Shown here in pieces: positions 45,461-63,477 of a stretch of DNA of 64,000 nucleotides (within the stretch, counting starts at the first letter, position 1; each line of letters starts with the position of its first letter). Below the pieces are notes generated by a model. It saw nothing but the letters and a program-made list of their open reading frames with translations, made no database searches and was not told where the DNA came from. Where the stretch lies: assembly GCF_009914755.1 (NCBI RefSeq), contig NC_060941.1; one strand, given 5' to 3'. Both the position numbers and the translations under genes were made by a program. This stretch comes from the human T2T-CHM13v2.0 reference genome, Homo sapiens.

Positions 45461-45782
45461 GTTTGATTTCTGAAACTTCATGCCTTTTTGAACTCCCTAA
45501 TGTTAGATGGTGTTTTTGAGGCTATCCTGAAAATCTCTGATAGTTGTGTCTTTTGTTGTGGTTGTTTGTGTGGCTGAATTACCATCGAGTCATCTGTTAT
45601 TGGAAACCTTTCAGGTATGGCTTTTAGAAGACCTTGACCTACTCTTGCCTGTTTTGACTCTCTGGTTTACTGTGGAAAGAGGGATGATGTAGGCTCATGT
45701 CTCCGGCAGATCATTCACCTTTTGCCATCAAGGATTTGGCATCAGAGTTTCCAAGAATTATGTGTGCAAGTTGATATGCTGC

Positions 45783-46116
45783 TACTTTAGCTAATCTGGG
45801 TGTCAAAACAGAATGCCATAGACTAGGTAGCGTAGAAAATTGATTTCTCACAGTTCTGGAGATGGTAAAATCCAAGGTCAAATTGTCAGCAGATTCCGTG
45901 GGGCTGACTTCCTGGTTCATAGACAGCCACCTTTTTTACTGTGTCTTTACATGACAGAAGGGATGAGGGAGCTCTCTGCAGTCCCTTTGAAGGGGCACCA
46001 ATTCCATTCATGAGGTCCCTGCCTTCATGAACTGAATCACCTGCCAAGGCCCCACCTCCAAATACCATCACATAGAATTAGAATTCAACACATGAATTTA
46101 AGGAGGACAATAACAT
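45783..46116 (-). mobile_element. MLT1A-like LTR
   Basis: TTTCTCACAGTTCTGGAGATGGTAAAATCCAAGGTCAA; GGCCCCACCTCCAAATACCATCACAT. Confidence 0.82.
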
Positions 46117-47049
46117 TTGCTTCACAGAATCAGGTCACCCCGCACCATATGCACTCACAGGAAATCTCTAATCTCCTGTTAAGTATTTGCTGGTCCCCTC
46201 TGGGTTTAGGGAATTTTTTTTCTTTAAGAAAAATGATTTTTCATGTGATCCATGGTTTATTCATAGAAAAGCACTGTGAGTTCATACACTTGCTAAAAAG
46301 AAGGGCAATTGTGATACGAAAATGAGAGTGACCTCTCTCCCTCTCTTCTTTTCAACCAACTCATTGGACTGAGATGTTATAGGGTCCCTTGGCTGGGCAG
46401 TAGGACGTGAGTAGCCACAAACGGCAAATACAACTTCTTGGTCAGTTTGGAGTAGAAAAGGTGACATTTTGTCAACGAAAGAAAAAGGAAAGCAGATGGA
46501 GAAGTTCTTAGTTTGCATTCTAGCTATACCACCCCTTCCCTATCAAACCCCACCCCCAGCTAAGGAACTAAGACATAAAAGAGTAAACACCAAGGCACTG
46601 GTAACCAACTGACTCTTCTGAATGCTCTTGCTATCTCCTACAATAATTCCAGGCTGAGTATAGGGGTCAGGAAAGTAGCAGGAACATGATGATTCACTGT
46701 GGAGGTCAGCCAGGGCTAAGACAGGGTTGCCCACTGGGGCTAGAAATTAGGAAGGGAGAGGCTAAGTGAAGACCAGCCCTAGCCTCCAAGTCAGCAAGCA
46801 ATGAGACTGTGACAAAAGCAGGCAGAGAAAGGCAGGGGAAGAAAGCAAGTACGGGGTGAGAAGAGAACTGTGCAGTGAAAACAGCCAATCTTGATGGCAG
46901 AGGGAGACTGGTGCTTAGAAGCTCATTTGGTGAGAGAGAATGAATAGAGGAGGCACAGAGATGGGGAACATTTAACTAGTGAGAGAGATGTAAGATGAAT
47001 GGGAAGAGAAATCTCGCAAAAAGGACACATTCATGCAGATCCTCAAAGA

Positions 47050-47425
47050 AGAACACGCAGTCACCCCCACATGTAGAAATATACTCAGTTACACATATAA
47101 AAACACAGATGCATGGAGAGCAAGCATACACACAGACACGTATCTCTACACATGCACTCATGTGTGCCCAGATACACACACACTAAACATGCAAGACATG
47201 AGAGCATTTACACATAGATATGCATCCTCACATGCAAGCAAATGTTACAACCTCACACAGGGACCCACATTCCAGTGTGCACATATCCACCCAGGTACAC
47301 AGCCATAGAACTGACATACGTACACATCAACGTATAATGTGCACATACAGACAGGCACGCGCAGATATATCTATGCACATAGACACATGTACTCAGTCAT
47401 ACAGATACACACACTCTCTAACACA
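47050..47425. repeat. Degenerate CA/CATA-rich low-complexity tract
   Basis: Alternating purine-pyrimidine CACA/CATA/TACA words. Confidence 0.75.
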
Positions 47426-48299
47426 AAGGTGACCAGTGTAGATGAATATTGTGAGCTCAGTGGCTTCCCAGACCTTCATCTTTTCCCTGCTCTTGTTTCA
47501 AAGGTGCTCAGCAGACTCCTGGCGAGGCTGTGTGAGGCAGGGGCAGGACCTTCAGAGTCCTCACAGCTTTGTGAGGCAAAAGTCTGAGTCCAGTCCTGGC
47601 CTCTGCCGCTCACCCACCACTGGGCTATTAATGCCCTGTCTGTAGGCGAGAGATTCTGCATAGACTAGTCTTGGGATTTTTTTCTAACTGGCCATTTTTC
47701 TCCTTGGCACACCCACTATCCCACTGGTAACGGCACACACTCTGCAAGGGAAACCTGAGAAATGGTTGTGAGTCTCCTCAGACAATAAGCATACCCTCCC
47801 ACCCACAGCTACCTCAAGTGCCCATCAAATCAGAACCAGAATTATAAATACTTACGACTTTACAGTAATTGGCAACACATATACTATAGTACTTACAGTA
47901 CCATAAATGCATCTGTTTCTCTGGTGAAGCAATCTCTGAGATGGAACAGTGTTCTGTGTTTGCCAAGGGAGACAGGGCCAATGCCCAGGACACGCAGGAC
48001 ATAGGGGCAGAAAGTGGCATATCGTGGGGGTTTCTGGTCGATCTGCAAGGCCCAGCTTCTCCATGAACAGTGGGCTGTAGTGAGAAGCTTGCCAAGGTAT
48101 GCATATCGACTGGAGTTGGACTCTCCCCATCCTTAGCCCTGTGGTCCTTTGGCCTCAGCCACAGGTGCTCAGAGTCCTCTCAGGGTGGACAAATGTCTCA
48201 GTGTCGTTGGCCTGACCTGATACTACCTGGAGACCCAGGCTGCCAGGCTGGTGAGCTATCTGCTTTCTCAGCCAAAGGGCTCTCGAACCAGCAGCATCA

Positions 48300-49606
48300 G
48301 CTGGTTATAACCACTAAAAAAATCTATATGAAGAGATACTCTTTTAAAAAAAAAACTATATATAAATTGAAATATAATTCTAAAGGAAATGTCCAAACAA
48401 CCCAAAGGAAGCAGGAAAAAGAAAACAGAAATAATAAGCAGAGACACAAACAGAAAATAAAAAATTATTATGCCCTAACATATCAGTAAATATATTAAAT
48501 GTAATGATCTAAATACACCAATTAAAAGACACATTGCCAGAGCAGACTTTTTTAAATGATTCAACTATACAGTGTCTAGAAAAAATTCACTGCAAATATA
48601 ATGATTACAGGCAGGTTGAAAATAAAAAAATAAAAATGATACATCCTGAAAATATTAATCTACAGGGAACAGTCATTATATTATCAGATAAAGTATATTT
48701 CAGCACAAAGAAAATGACCAGAGACTGAGAGGAATATTATGTAATGATAAAAGGGTCAATTCACTGAGACATAGTGAGCCTAAATGTTCATGCACCTTTA
48801 AACATCAGAGCTGCAAAATAATGTGAAGCTAAAACTAATAGAACTGAAAGGAAAAATAAATAAATCCACAAATACAGTTGGAGACTTCAACACCTCTCAA
48901 TAATCCAATTAAAGTAGTCCTAGGAGGGAACTAAATGTAACTAAAATGCTCACATTAGAAAAGAGGAAAGGTCTCAAATCAATAACGTATGCTTCCACCT
49001 CTAGAACCTAGAAAAAGAAGCACAAAATATACCAAAAGCAAGAAAAAGAAGGAAATAATAAAGATAAAAGTAGAAATCAATGAAACTGAAACCAAATCAA
49101 TGAGCTGGTTCTTGGAACAAATTGATAAAATTGACAAACTTCTGACAAGATCAACAAAGAAAAAAAGACATAATGGCACAAATTAATATCAGAAATAAAA
49201 CAGGGATACCATTACAGATTCTGCAGACATCAAAAGGATAATGAAGAATACTAATACAATTCTACAAATATTAATTTGACAACATACAGAAAATGGACCC
49301 GTTTCACTGAAAAACACAGATAATTAAAATGATCTTATAAATATTAAGGAAACTGAATATGTAATTTTATAACACACACAAAAAAATCTCCGAGCTCAGA
49401 TGGTTTTACTTAAGATTTCTACCAAGTGTTTAAAGAATGAATGCTAATTCCATATAATCTTTTTAGGAAAACAGAAGAAACGCTTTCCAATTCATTTTAT
49501 GAAGCTAGTATTACCCTGATACCAAAACCAGACAAACTATATACAAAACCCAAAAATTTGTTAAAAGGGAAAAAAGAAACTATGGACTAATATCCCTCAT
49601 GAGTAT
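48300..49606 (+). mobile_element. L1M ORF2 5' region (endonuclease to pre-RT), disrupted
   Basis: TTAAATGTAATGATCTAAATACACCAATTAAAAGAC, GTTGGAGACTTCAACACC, TCATTTTATGAAGCTAGTATTACCCTGATACCAAAACCAGACAAA. Confidence 0.9.
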
Positions 49607-50478
49607 ACAGTAATTCACCCTTTCTCCCATCCACTGTTCTGCAGTTTCGCTTTCCTGGGTTTGTTACTCACGGTCAGCCACAGCCTGAAAATATTAAATG
49701 GAAAATTCCTGAAATAATTTACGAGCTTTAAACTGCATGCCTTTCTGAGTAGTGTGATGAAATCTTGCATCGTCCTGCTCCATCCCAGCTGGGAGGTAGA
49801 TCTTCCCCTTTGTCCATCGCATCCACGCTGTATACTTCACCTGCCCCTTAGTCACTTAGTAGCCAACAGTTATCAGATCTACTGTGGTGGTATTGCAGTT
49901 CTTGTGTTCAAATAATGCTTGTTTTACTTCATAATGGCCCCAAAGCACAAGAGTAGTGATATGGTTTGGCTGTGTCCCCAACCAAATCTCATCTTGAATT
50001 GTAACTCCCACAATTCCCACATGTCGTGGGAGGAACCTGCTGGGAGGTGATTGAAGTACAGGGGTGCATCTTTCCTGCACTGTTCTTGTAATAGTGAATG
50101 AGTCTCACAAGATCTGATGGTTTTCAAAACGGGAGTCTCCCTGTACAAGCTTTCTCTTTGCCAGCTGCCATCCATGTAAGACATGACTTGCTCCTTCTTG
50201 CCTTCCACCATGATTGTGAGGCCTCCCCAGCCATGTGGAACTGTAAGTCCAGTACACCTCTTTATTTGGTAAATTTCTCAGTCTCAGGTATGTCTTTATC
50301 AGCAGCGTGAAAATGGACTAATACGAGTAGTGATGGTAGCAATTTGGATATGCCCAAGAGAAGCCATAAAGTGCTGCCTTTAAGTGAAAGGGTAAAAGCT
50401 TTCAATTTAAGGAAAAAAAAATTCGTATGCTGAGCTTGCTAAGATTTACAGTAAGAAAAAAAATCTATTTGTGAAATT
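49607..50478 (+). mobile_element. MER44/Tigger7-family element, 3' part missing
   Basis: TA then CAGTA..., GAAAATATTAAATGGAAAATTCC, ACTTCATAATGGCCCCAAAGCACAAGAGTAGTGATG. Confidence 0.85.
49957..50325 (+). mobile_element. THE1B-like solo LTR
   Basis: TGATATGGTTTGGCTGTGTCCCCA...AAATGGACTAATAC; 5-bp TSD AGTAG. Confidence 0.93.
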
Positions 50479-51950
<1,472 letters not shown>

Positions 51951-52009
51951 GCTTTTTATGGTTGCATACATGTTTAGAGAAAGTATATAATGATACACAG
52001 CAATATCCA

Positions 52010-52295
52010 TATAGCAATGGGATACGGCAAAGGGCTCCAGGGCCAGATTGCCTGTGTTGGAATCCTGGCACACCAGCTGTGTGGCCTTGGACAAGCTGCT
52101 TAACCAATTTTTTTCTCAACCTCTCATCTATAAAATGAAGGATAATTATAGTATCTATGTCATATGTCTGCGGTGGACATTTAAGGAGTTAATGTATGTA
52201 AAGTGCTTAGAATACTGCCTGGCATACAGCAAATTTGCGGTTTTTATTACCATCATTATCATCATCATTGTTGCTGTCATCAACATCATCATCAA
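52010..52295. mobile_element. MIR with an (ATC)n tail
   Basis: GTGTGGCCTTGGACAAGCTGCTTAACC, CTCATCTATAAAATG, GTAAAGTGCTTAGAATACTGCCTGGCA. Confidence 0.8.
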
Positions 52296-53059
52296 TACAA
52301 TGGTTACCTCTGGGAAGTACGGGGGAAGGATAGAGAGAAATCTACAGCTTTATGTATAAGTAAATATGCCTACATATTAACATATATTAAATTTGAGTTT
52401 AATATGAATATTGTTAGGTGTATTTTAGTATATGGCTATTGATGTCATATAACTGGGATTTTGCTGTGTGTTGCAGATAGTTCATATATTAAAAGTGTTT
52501 TTTATGTAAAAACATGAATATTCTGTGAAATATTATGGAAAAATGTTTAAACTCTATTATGGATTGAGTGACTGTAAGATGAAGGTATTCTAGGAACACA
52601 TTTTTGGACAAATACTTGACAGCTAGCTAGCAACAACCATGTTACAACTGCAAGTTACAAGTTAATATTTGAAAAAAGAAAAACCAGAGAAGTTAAAAGT
52701 ATTTCTTTTTAGGCACATTTGAGATCCAAAGTAGCAGGAAAAAGGAGAGAAATGCAGTTTCTAGGGAGGACTTAAACACAGAGGACCTGGAGATGCCACA
52801 GAAATACTGTTAGTTGATATAAGTATTAGAAAAATATATTCCCTGAGAAAACTATTACAATATCCTGCAGAATATTTATTCATTTTAAAATGAATATTTA
52901 TTGTTCTTGAATTATGTATGCATTTATGTTTTCTGTTTGTCTTTTTGCCTGAGGCAGACTTCAGCTATATTTTAAAGAGAAACATAAAGGAAACTTTTAT
53001 ATTCTTTATGTGCATATACCATAATGAAGGCTTTTGTGGCTGTATTCCTAGAAAGACGA

Positions 53060-54220
53060 TTCTCTGTCCTGGTGCTTTCAGTGGCAAGTGAAAATAGCCA
53101 TCGATACCTTGCTTAAACAATAGAGCTTCATTGTTCGCAATCCTAAGAAGTCTGGAAGGAAGCCATCCTAGGGTTTGTTCAGCTGCTCAACAACACCCAC
53201 AAGACTCAGGCTTCTTCTGACTGCTTGTTTGGCCCTCCTGTGTGTTGGGATGTTTTGCCCAAGGTCATGAGATAGCTGCAGCAACACTAAGCATCATGTC
53301 TTCCCACAGCCACGTTCAAAGGCAGAAACAAATGGGGGAGCAGAACCCTTGCTTACCTCCTGTTTTATCAGGCAGAAGAATCTTTCCCAGATGCCCCTCA
53401 AGAGAACTTCTCTTCCACCACCTTGGTGACCAGAACTGAGTCACGTGGCCATCCCTAAATGGTTCACTGGCAAATGGAATTGGGATTGTCATGACTTTGC
53501 GAGGCTCATCACGAATTTGTCTCCTAGGACTGGAATCATACCCTTCTGGCCTATTGCCACCTGTATCTGAACTAAACCAGGGTTGTATTATCAAGGAGAA
53601 AGAGCCACAAAGAGGAACACAGGTGAGTCTTACCAAATGGAAAAAGCAAAGGCAGAAAACAGAGAAAACACAGAATCATGTATTACCTACTCAGTTTTCT
53701 CTGATGAGATATTTCACTTGTGGCAGACACTATTGGCTGTTGGGAATTACCTACCTCTTTCCTGACAGGAGTACCAGATTTGTTTATATATTGGATGGCC
53801 AAGTGTTTTCCAAAGGACTCACCTAGTGGTGAATCTTAGTTGCTCTGTACCCATTGCGGTAAGTCCATCCCTGTTGCCAGCAACTGCTTCAGGAATGAGA
53901 AACGGAATGTGAAGAGAAATCTTCGGTGGAGCCTCCAGAAAGGGGCAGGAGAGAGGAGACCCTCTCCCTGGTCATGGAGCATTGTGGTGTAAGGGTGTCT
54001 TTACTGTCACTGCTGCTGCCATGGTGCAAGCCTGAAGGGTGCAGAGCTTTAGCCACCATAGTGAAAATGGGTCCTGGGTGATACTGTTGAGCTCTAGATT
54101 AATTAGCCGTTTAACCACTCGACTCCCAAACTTCTTGGAATGTGAAATAATCATTTCTCTTCTTGGCTTAGGCCATTTTTGTTTGATTTTTCTGTTGCTT
54201 GCAGTCAAATCATCCTGATG
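53060..54220. mobile_element. Two old MLT1 (J/K/L-like) LTRs in opposite orientation
   Basis: CCAGAACTGAGTCACGTGGCCATCCCTAAA (minus); TGTGGCAGACACT...GTTGCTTGCAGTCAAATCATCCTGA (plus). Confidence 0.65.
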
Positions 54221-54729
54221 CCATACTCACACTGAAATGTATAAAGCAAGAAATTTAGTGAGAGATTTTAAAAATCTAGATAAGGAGCTAACAGAAACAC
54301 ATCTGGCTGCTTTAAACTGGTTGAATCCACATGTTCAGAATAATCAAGTCCCACAATATTTAAAGAAAACCTTTTATTAAAGGTGTTCTATGTATAGGAC
54401 TTTTCTGTGCCCCATGATGAGACAGAGACTGAGAGGGCATAGGGATACAAAAACGTACAAAATGCATGATCCTTAAATATAAGAAGTTTGTAATACAGTT
54501 GAGGAGAACATTGACAGTAAAAATCCTAAATGACACATCAGTTTTAAGGTAATCCTACTATTTTCAAGGATGGCACCTATTATCAACCAAGTAACAAATT
54601 GTTCTATCATATCATAATGCATCAAATGTTAGAATCCTTCACCACACAAAAATCACTGGGTCCTAAAGTATACAAGACAAATCTTTAAATTCGTTAGATC
54701 GGTCCTTCTTTTGAAATAGCTGCTGACAG

Positions 54730-55065
<336 letters not shown>

Positions 55066-55604
55066 TCATAAGACATATGTCCAATTTTTCACTGAGGCAT
55101 TTTACCATTTATGAACAATCATAGACTCATTCATTTAGTAGAGTCTAAATTAATGAGACTTCACTGTATTTGCATTTGAGTATGGTGATTTCCAATTTGA
55201 TGGTTTATCTTTAAATTTGTGGATGAAAATAAAACTAACAGAGATGGCAGAGAGCAGGCTGACCTGCTCACACTTGATGTATACGTTTTGGTATTTGTGG
55301 AGAAAGTGCCCAAGGCAAGAAAGACTCTAAGTAGTGATGGGTGCATTCTGCCTTCCTGGGGACCCTGAAGGAGATGAAGAGTGCTAAGCCTTGGCAGGAA
55401 GGCAGCAACCCAGATATGAAATACTTGAGTTCTGAATATGTCTACCAGAGCATATATTTATCAAAATTCCATTCTAGACCATAAAGCAGATGCATCAATA
55501 AATAAAGCAGTAGCTCTCATTAGCTAAGTCAGGTTTGTTTCGTATTTTGTTGTAGTGACTTCTAAATAAACTTTGGTTGTAGTGTGAGTGATTTAGCAGC
55601 CCTG

Positions 55605-55935
55605 GCTTTATTTTAATTTTAAAATATTTAATTGACAAAATATTATATATATTCAAGGTGTACAATGTGATGATTTGGTATGCATATACATTGTGTGCTG
55701 ACTACCACAAATTAGTTAACACATCCATTACCACCCATAGTTACGTGTGTGTGTATGAGAGAAAAAGAGAGAGACGAGGTCGCTTAAAATCTGCTCGCTT
55801 ACAATCTTCATGTAAACAATACAGTATTATTAACTATAATCACCATGCTGTACATTAGATCCCCAGAGCTTACTTGTCTTATAACTGAAAGTTTGTACTC
55901 TTTGAGCATCTCCCCATTTCTCCCACTCTCCAGCA
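55605..55935 (-). mobile_element. L1MA-type 3' end
   Basis: ATATTCAAGGTGTACAATGTGATGATTTG; CACCATGCTGTACATTAGATCCCCAGA. Confidence 0.85.
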
Positions 55936-55996
55936 TCAAGGGATGAGAGGGTGTTTCAATTTCTAAAACATTCTCTTCATTAGAATGACTACTATC

Positions 55997-56724
<728 letters not shown>

Positions 56725-58687
56725 CTGTAAGGGGTCTCTGCCCTCCACTTCTCATGGAATCCTGCAATCTTGGAGGAGAGCATTACTCCATTGATTGTTA
56801 AATGAGCCTGTTTTAGTGTCAAGGTCATGAAAGACAAGAAATGAAGCTGTCCCATATTGGAGGTGACTGAAGAGGTGTGATAACTTAGTGCAATGTGGTG
56901 TATCCTGGATTGAATCCTAGAGTAGAAAAAGGACATTAATGGAAAGACTGAGAAACCCCAAATAAATTCTGCAGTTCAGTTCATAGTATTACACCATGTT
57001 AATTTCTTAGTTTGGATTAATGTATCATGGCTACCTAAGACGCAACCGTAGGATGCAGAGCATACAAAAACACTCTGAATATCTTTACAGTAAATTTTTA
57101 TTTTTTCTAGACATTTAAATTTACCACATCAGCCTAAATTAAACTTTTTAAAAGTAAAACACTTTTAATAAATTATCTTCTGTGTGACAGAAGATACAAT
57201 GTGTTTTTCTCCAGAGAAACTGATGATGTTTGCAGAGTGATTATTGGGTATAGACCCTACTTTGAAGAAATTCATGCAGGTTGCTTGACTTTATTTCAAG
57301 GTAAATATAATGATCACTATATAGGCTATGTGGACATAGCTCATTTTCTCAGGTGAGATTTATGGAAGTGAGAAAAAGGTTAAAGTATACACTGGCAAGT
57401 CTGCTACTCATTACCCACTTGTCAGTTTGTTTACCAGCTGTGTTCTGAGAAAGAACTAGAGTTCTAGGAAGTTAAGAGGCAGGCCAAGGAGGTTACTGGG
57501 AAGTGAGAGTGTGGATCTTGGGTTTCCAGCCTTGTGTACGTAACAGCTATCCTTCAACCTATACTTTGGAGATATTTTCTGCATAAGATTTCATTTGGTT
57601 AAAATGTTGTATTGCATGGGTTTGTCCATGGGGGTGTTCAGAGGTTCTCTTTGTATTTTTAAACCATTCATATGGAAAATGTCAAATATCAACAAAAAAT
57701 AGAGAAAATATTTCAGTGAATCCTCATGTACTGATCAACCAGCTTCAATAATGATCAACTCGTGTCCATTCTTGTTTCATCTATACCATAATCACTCCCC
57801 CAGCAACAGCTTTCACGTGATTATTTTGCAGTAAATCCCAGACATTACATCATTTTATCTGTAAATATTTCTTTAAGTGATATCATTTTTGTAAAAAACA
57901 TAACCACAATATCCTTATCATACCTTAAAAAATGAAAAATAGTGCCTCATCAAATTTAAATTTCCATAGTTACTCATAAGGTTTTTTTTTTATAGTTTGT
58001 TTAAACAAGATCCATGCCTTGTTTTTGGTTTTTATATCTCTTAATTGTCATATAATCTAAAGGTCCTGCCTTTTGGGATGGTTTGTTCATTCTGCAGAGC
58101 TTTCCAGTTTCTGGGTTTTGCTGATTAGGTCCTTGTGGTATCATTTAACACATTCTTCTGTCTCTAGGCTTTTCTTCTGCTGACTGTTCTGTAAACATTC
58201 TTTTCCATGCTGGTCTCTGTTTTGGCACCAGTGGTGACCTCATTCACTGCCACGGCTTTATTCCAGCCCACTTGAGATATGCACACCCAATTGCTGGGTA
58301 GAAACCACCATTTAAGTAGCCCACAGTCACCTCCAATTTCAAAAAGTCTGTCTAAAACAGAGGGCACTGTCTTCTCTCCCTTCATCTACCAAGACTTCAT
58401 CCCTCCAGTGTTCCTTCTCCTCAGGGAACGGAACCACATTCTGCACCAAGGTCCATGCCAGGAACATGGGCTCCATCTCTGACACCTTTTTCTTCTGCAC
58501 CCCCTACATCCAATCCATTCCAATCCCTGTTAATTCTCCCAGAACCATCTAACCTGTCCACTTCTCTCCATGTCCAAGGCCAGCAATCTTGTTGATGCCA
58601 CTAGTATCTCTAATCCTGGATTGTTTTAGCAGCATCCTAACTAGTTTTCCCGTCACAATTCCTGCGTTATTTGAAATTATTTTTTCA

Positions 58688-59052
<365 letters not shown>

Positions 59053-59584
59053 CTATTTAGAATATTCAATGGCTCTCTATTGCTCTGAGAATAAAAGCTA
59101 AATTGTTAAACACAGAAAGCCCTTTAGGATCTGAACCCTGCTTACTTTTCCAAATTCATTTCTCCCCTCCTTTCCCCCTACTTTCTATCCTGCACCCCAG
59201 TCATCAGAGACTTCTCCTGTATCTCCAAATGTGCCTCCAAGCTCTCATGCCTTTCTCCATTGCCCTCATTCCTTTCCCCCCTCACTTGCTTAAACCTTAC
59301 TACTTGTGTGTGGACTTCTTCTGTTATGTGCCTTCGGATCCCCTCAGTGTAACCACCCAAGGACTGTTTTAGTTATTCCTCCAGTATGTTCTCACACACC
59401 TGGATTTAGCCCTAATCATAGCACTGCTTGTATCCCACTGCTTGTATGTGTATGTAGCAGTGCCTACTGTGTGCTAAGCTTTGGTTAGGACCTGAGTATA
59501 TGCAAAGAACACAACGTGCTTCCAACTCTTAAGGAGATTACTGTGTAGCATTTAATTAATGAATTGGCTGAATTGATAAGGAAA

Positions 59585-60151
59585 TGTGATGGTTGATTTT
59601 ATGTGTCAACTTGACTGGGTTAGGGATACCTAGATAACTAGTAAAAATATTATTCCTGGGTGTGTCTGTGAGGTTGTTTCTAGAAGACATTAGCATTTGA
59701 ATCCTTGGACTGAGTAAAGATTGCACTCACCAATGTGGGTGGGCATCGTTCAACCCATTAAGGGCCTGGATAGAATAATACAGTGGAGGAGCAATGCATT
59801 TGCTTTCTCTTCTAGAGCTGGGACATCTATCTTCTCCTGCCCGTGGACATCAGAGCTCCAAGTTCTTGGAACTTTGGACTCTGGAACTTACAGTGCCCCC
59901 CACCTCCTTCTCAGGCTTTTGACCTCAGACTGAAAATTACAGAATTGGCTTCCCTGGTTCTCTGGGCTTTGAACTCAACACTCATTTACATAATTGGCTT
60001 TCCTGATTCTCCAACTTGCAGATGATGTATCATGGGACTTCTTGGCTTCCATAATCTTATGAACCAATTTCCCTAATAAATCTCTTCTTATATATCTCTC
60101 TACATATATATCCTATTGGTTCTGTTTCTCTGGAGAAACCAGACTAATACA
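59585..60151 (+). mobile_element. MLT2B/C-like ERVL solo LTR, complete
   Basis: TGTGATGGTTGATTTTATGTGTCAACTTGACTGGG...CCTATTGGTTCTGTTTCTCTGGAGAAACCAGACTAATACA. Confidence 0.92.
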
Positions 60152-60275
60152 AGGAATAAATGAATGATTCAATCAATTAACCAATGAGTAAAAATGCTCA
60201 TGTAAATGCAACCTAGGTCTGAATAGATTGAAGGTAAACAAGATAATAATTCTGATTTTCAAAAACTTTTATCAA

Positions 60276-60619
<344 letters not shown>

Positions 60620-61049
60620 TTACTCAGATTCATTCAGTAACAAATCCATTATTCACTTAATTTTGCTTGACAGGGCTTTCTTAAATGTGGCAAAACAAAT
60701 TTATATTCAAAGCATTTCCCACATAAAAATGATGAAGTTATAATACAGCACATAAAACTTTGTGATAAAGCTATTGGTTAACAGGCTTCTGATATTTAAT
60801 AACTCCTTTGTAAATACAGGAGATAAATATTTTTGAAGACATTCTGGAAACAATTTCAGTAAAAAGTTAGATACAATATTACATATTTTTCTTTCAAAAT
60901 ACCAAAGTGTAGAATAGTCCCCCTTCTTTGTAAGATATACCACTAATATGAAGCTTCCATGACTGTTTATGACATATATCTCTGTATCAAAGAAAACCTG
61001 CTATGACTCTTTTTGAAACTATTAGTTGGTACACATTTAAAAAAATTTA

Positions 61050-61849
<800 letters not shown>

Positions 61850-63477
61850 TTATACTGTTCTCCTTTAACAGACGGACTTGGGTCCTCTTTTGATTTGTCA
61901 ATAATGCGACAAAGAAATTCTAGTTGCCTTTGTTGACATCCCTAAAGTAAGAGTCTTCCCACCAGCCCCTACCATGACCCCTCCCCTGCATTGTGGCTTC
62001 TCTGTGGCTCAATGTAATATAAGGGAGAGACCAGCATGGTCTGCAGACCTCAGAAAACAACATTACATCATCATGATACAAGAAAGTGAGATGATGGTGT
62101 GATTTTTCAAACTCAGTTCCAAGGAATAAACATCAAAGAATTATGCAGGTTATTAAGTCCCATCAAGGAAAAGCATCCTTCACTAGCTCCCTGCCAGCTC
62201 ATCCCCTTTTACTTACCTAAAATGCATGTTCCATAAAATTACTATCGGGAGAACTAGGAGAAGCAAAGCTGCAAACTCTCCATTAAGCCCCAGTTTCTGA
62301 GAGCGTATCCATAAGCAATTCTATTAAGGATATCAGAGGCCCTCAACGTGTACTGGAGAGTCAGCACTTGAAAACCAACATCTAAGCAAGGTTCTTCCAG
62401 ATTCTCAGCTTGAGCAATAACAAGAATAGCTACAAGCAGCTGAGCAAAGTCTAGCATCATTGGGAAAAACCTACACAGCAAATAAGAAAACGTAAAGCAA
62501 GCTTGTTCTCATTAATTAGTCATAGCCAAATAAAGAGTAGAGGTTTCTAAAATATGAGTTGGGTTGAAATCTTAATTCAATGATTCTCATTGTACCTAAG
62601 GTAATAAATTTACCTTGGAGTACAGCTTAATCCACATCCTATTAATTATGATACATAATTTTGAAATTGCCATTACTTTTTAATCCTTGCCCTGGGTTAT
62701 TTAGGGAAATTTTGAATTGCCAAGTAGGCTTAATTTTTATATTTGTACACTTGTGTCAAAACTTTCAAGTTTTATTGCATTTTTTGCTGGCATAATTTCT
62801 TAGTTTAGGATTTTATTGAAATTTTTATAACTACTAATATGAATACGTGTAAATGTTTTATTATATGTAGTCTCTTTCAAGAATTAGTTTATGTTGCTTC
62901 TTGACCATGGTAACAATGATTATTTAAATCCTACGTATTTTTTACTGCTTACAAGATCCATCACCATTTCTTTTATGCAGTGTTTTTATAGTATTGAATT
63001 CTTAGCTATATTTCTAGTGAGGAGGAAGTTTTCAGATAATTTTTTTTCACAATTGACATATATGGGCGCATTTTCTGAGTCCCAAAGTGTATCTAGGAAT
63101 GTCTCTGTTACATTTGCACATTGAACAATACTGACTTAATATAAAATACTTGCATCATATTCTTTCCAGCAAAATTATATTGAAATTGTTTCCTTTTTCA
63201 GGCATTTATTTTTGTGGTGAAAAAAAGTATATTTTTTTCTTTATCTTCAAATTCAGTTATTTTTATTGTTTTTCTGAAGTTAATTTTTCTTTTATTTAAA
63301 TATCTAAGTCCTTCTCCTATTAAAAGAAAATTATGTTTTAAGTTCTTTCATTATTGCTTCTCTTTGCCCTCTTGGTTTTTCCACCTGGAAATACTTTTTT
63401 TGTGTGTATATGAGGTCTCCTGATTTTCTCTTCAGGCAATCCCTTTTTCATATATATGTATATGTGTGTGTGTGTGT

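Noticed and set aside
46976-47432. His/Thr-rich and Cys/Val-rich ORFs
   Set aside because: Translation artefacts of CA/TG low-complexity DNA.
48534-49186. L1 ORF2-like peptides
   Set aside because: Short fragments of a frameshifted ancient L1; no intact endonuclease or RT.
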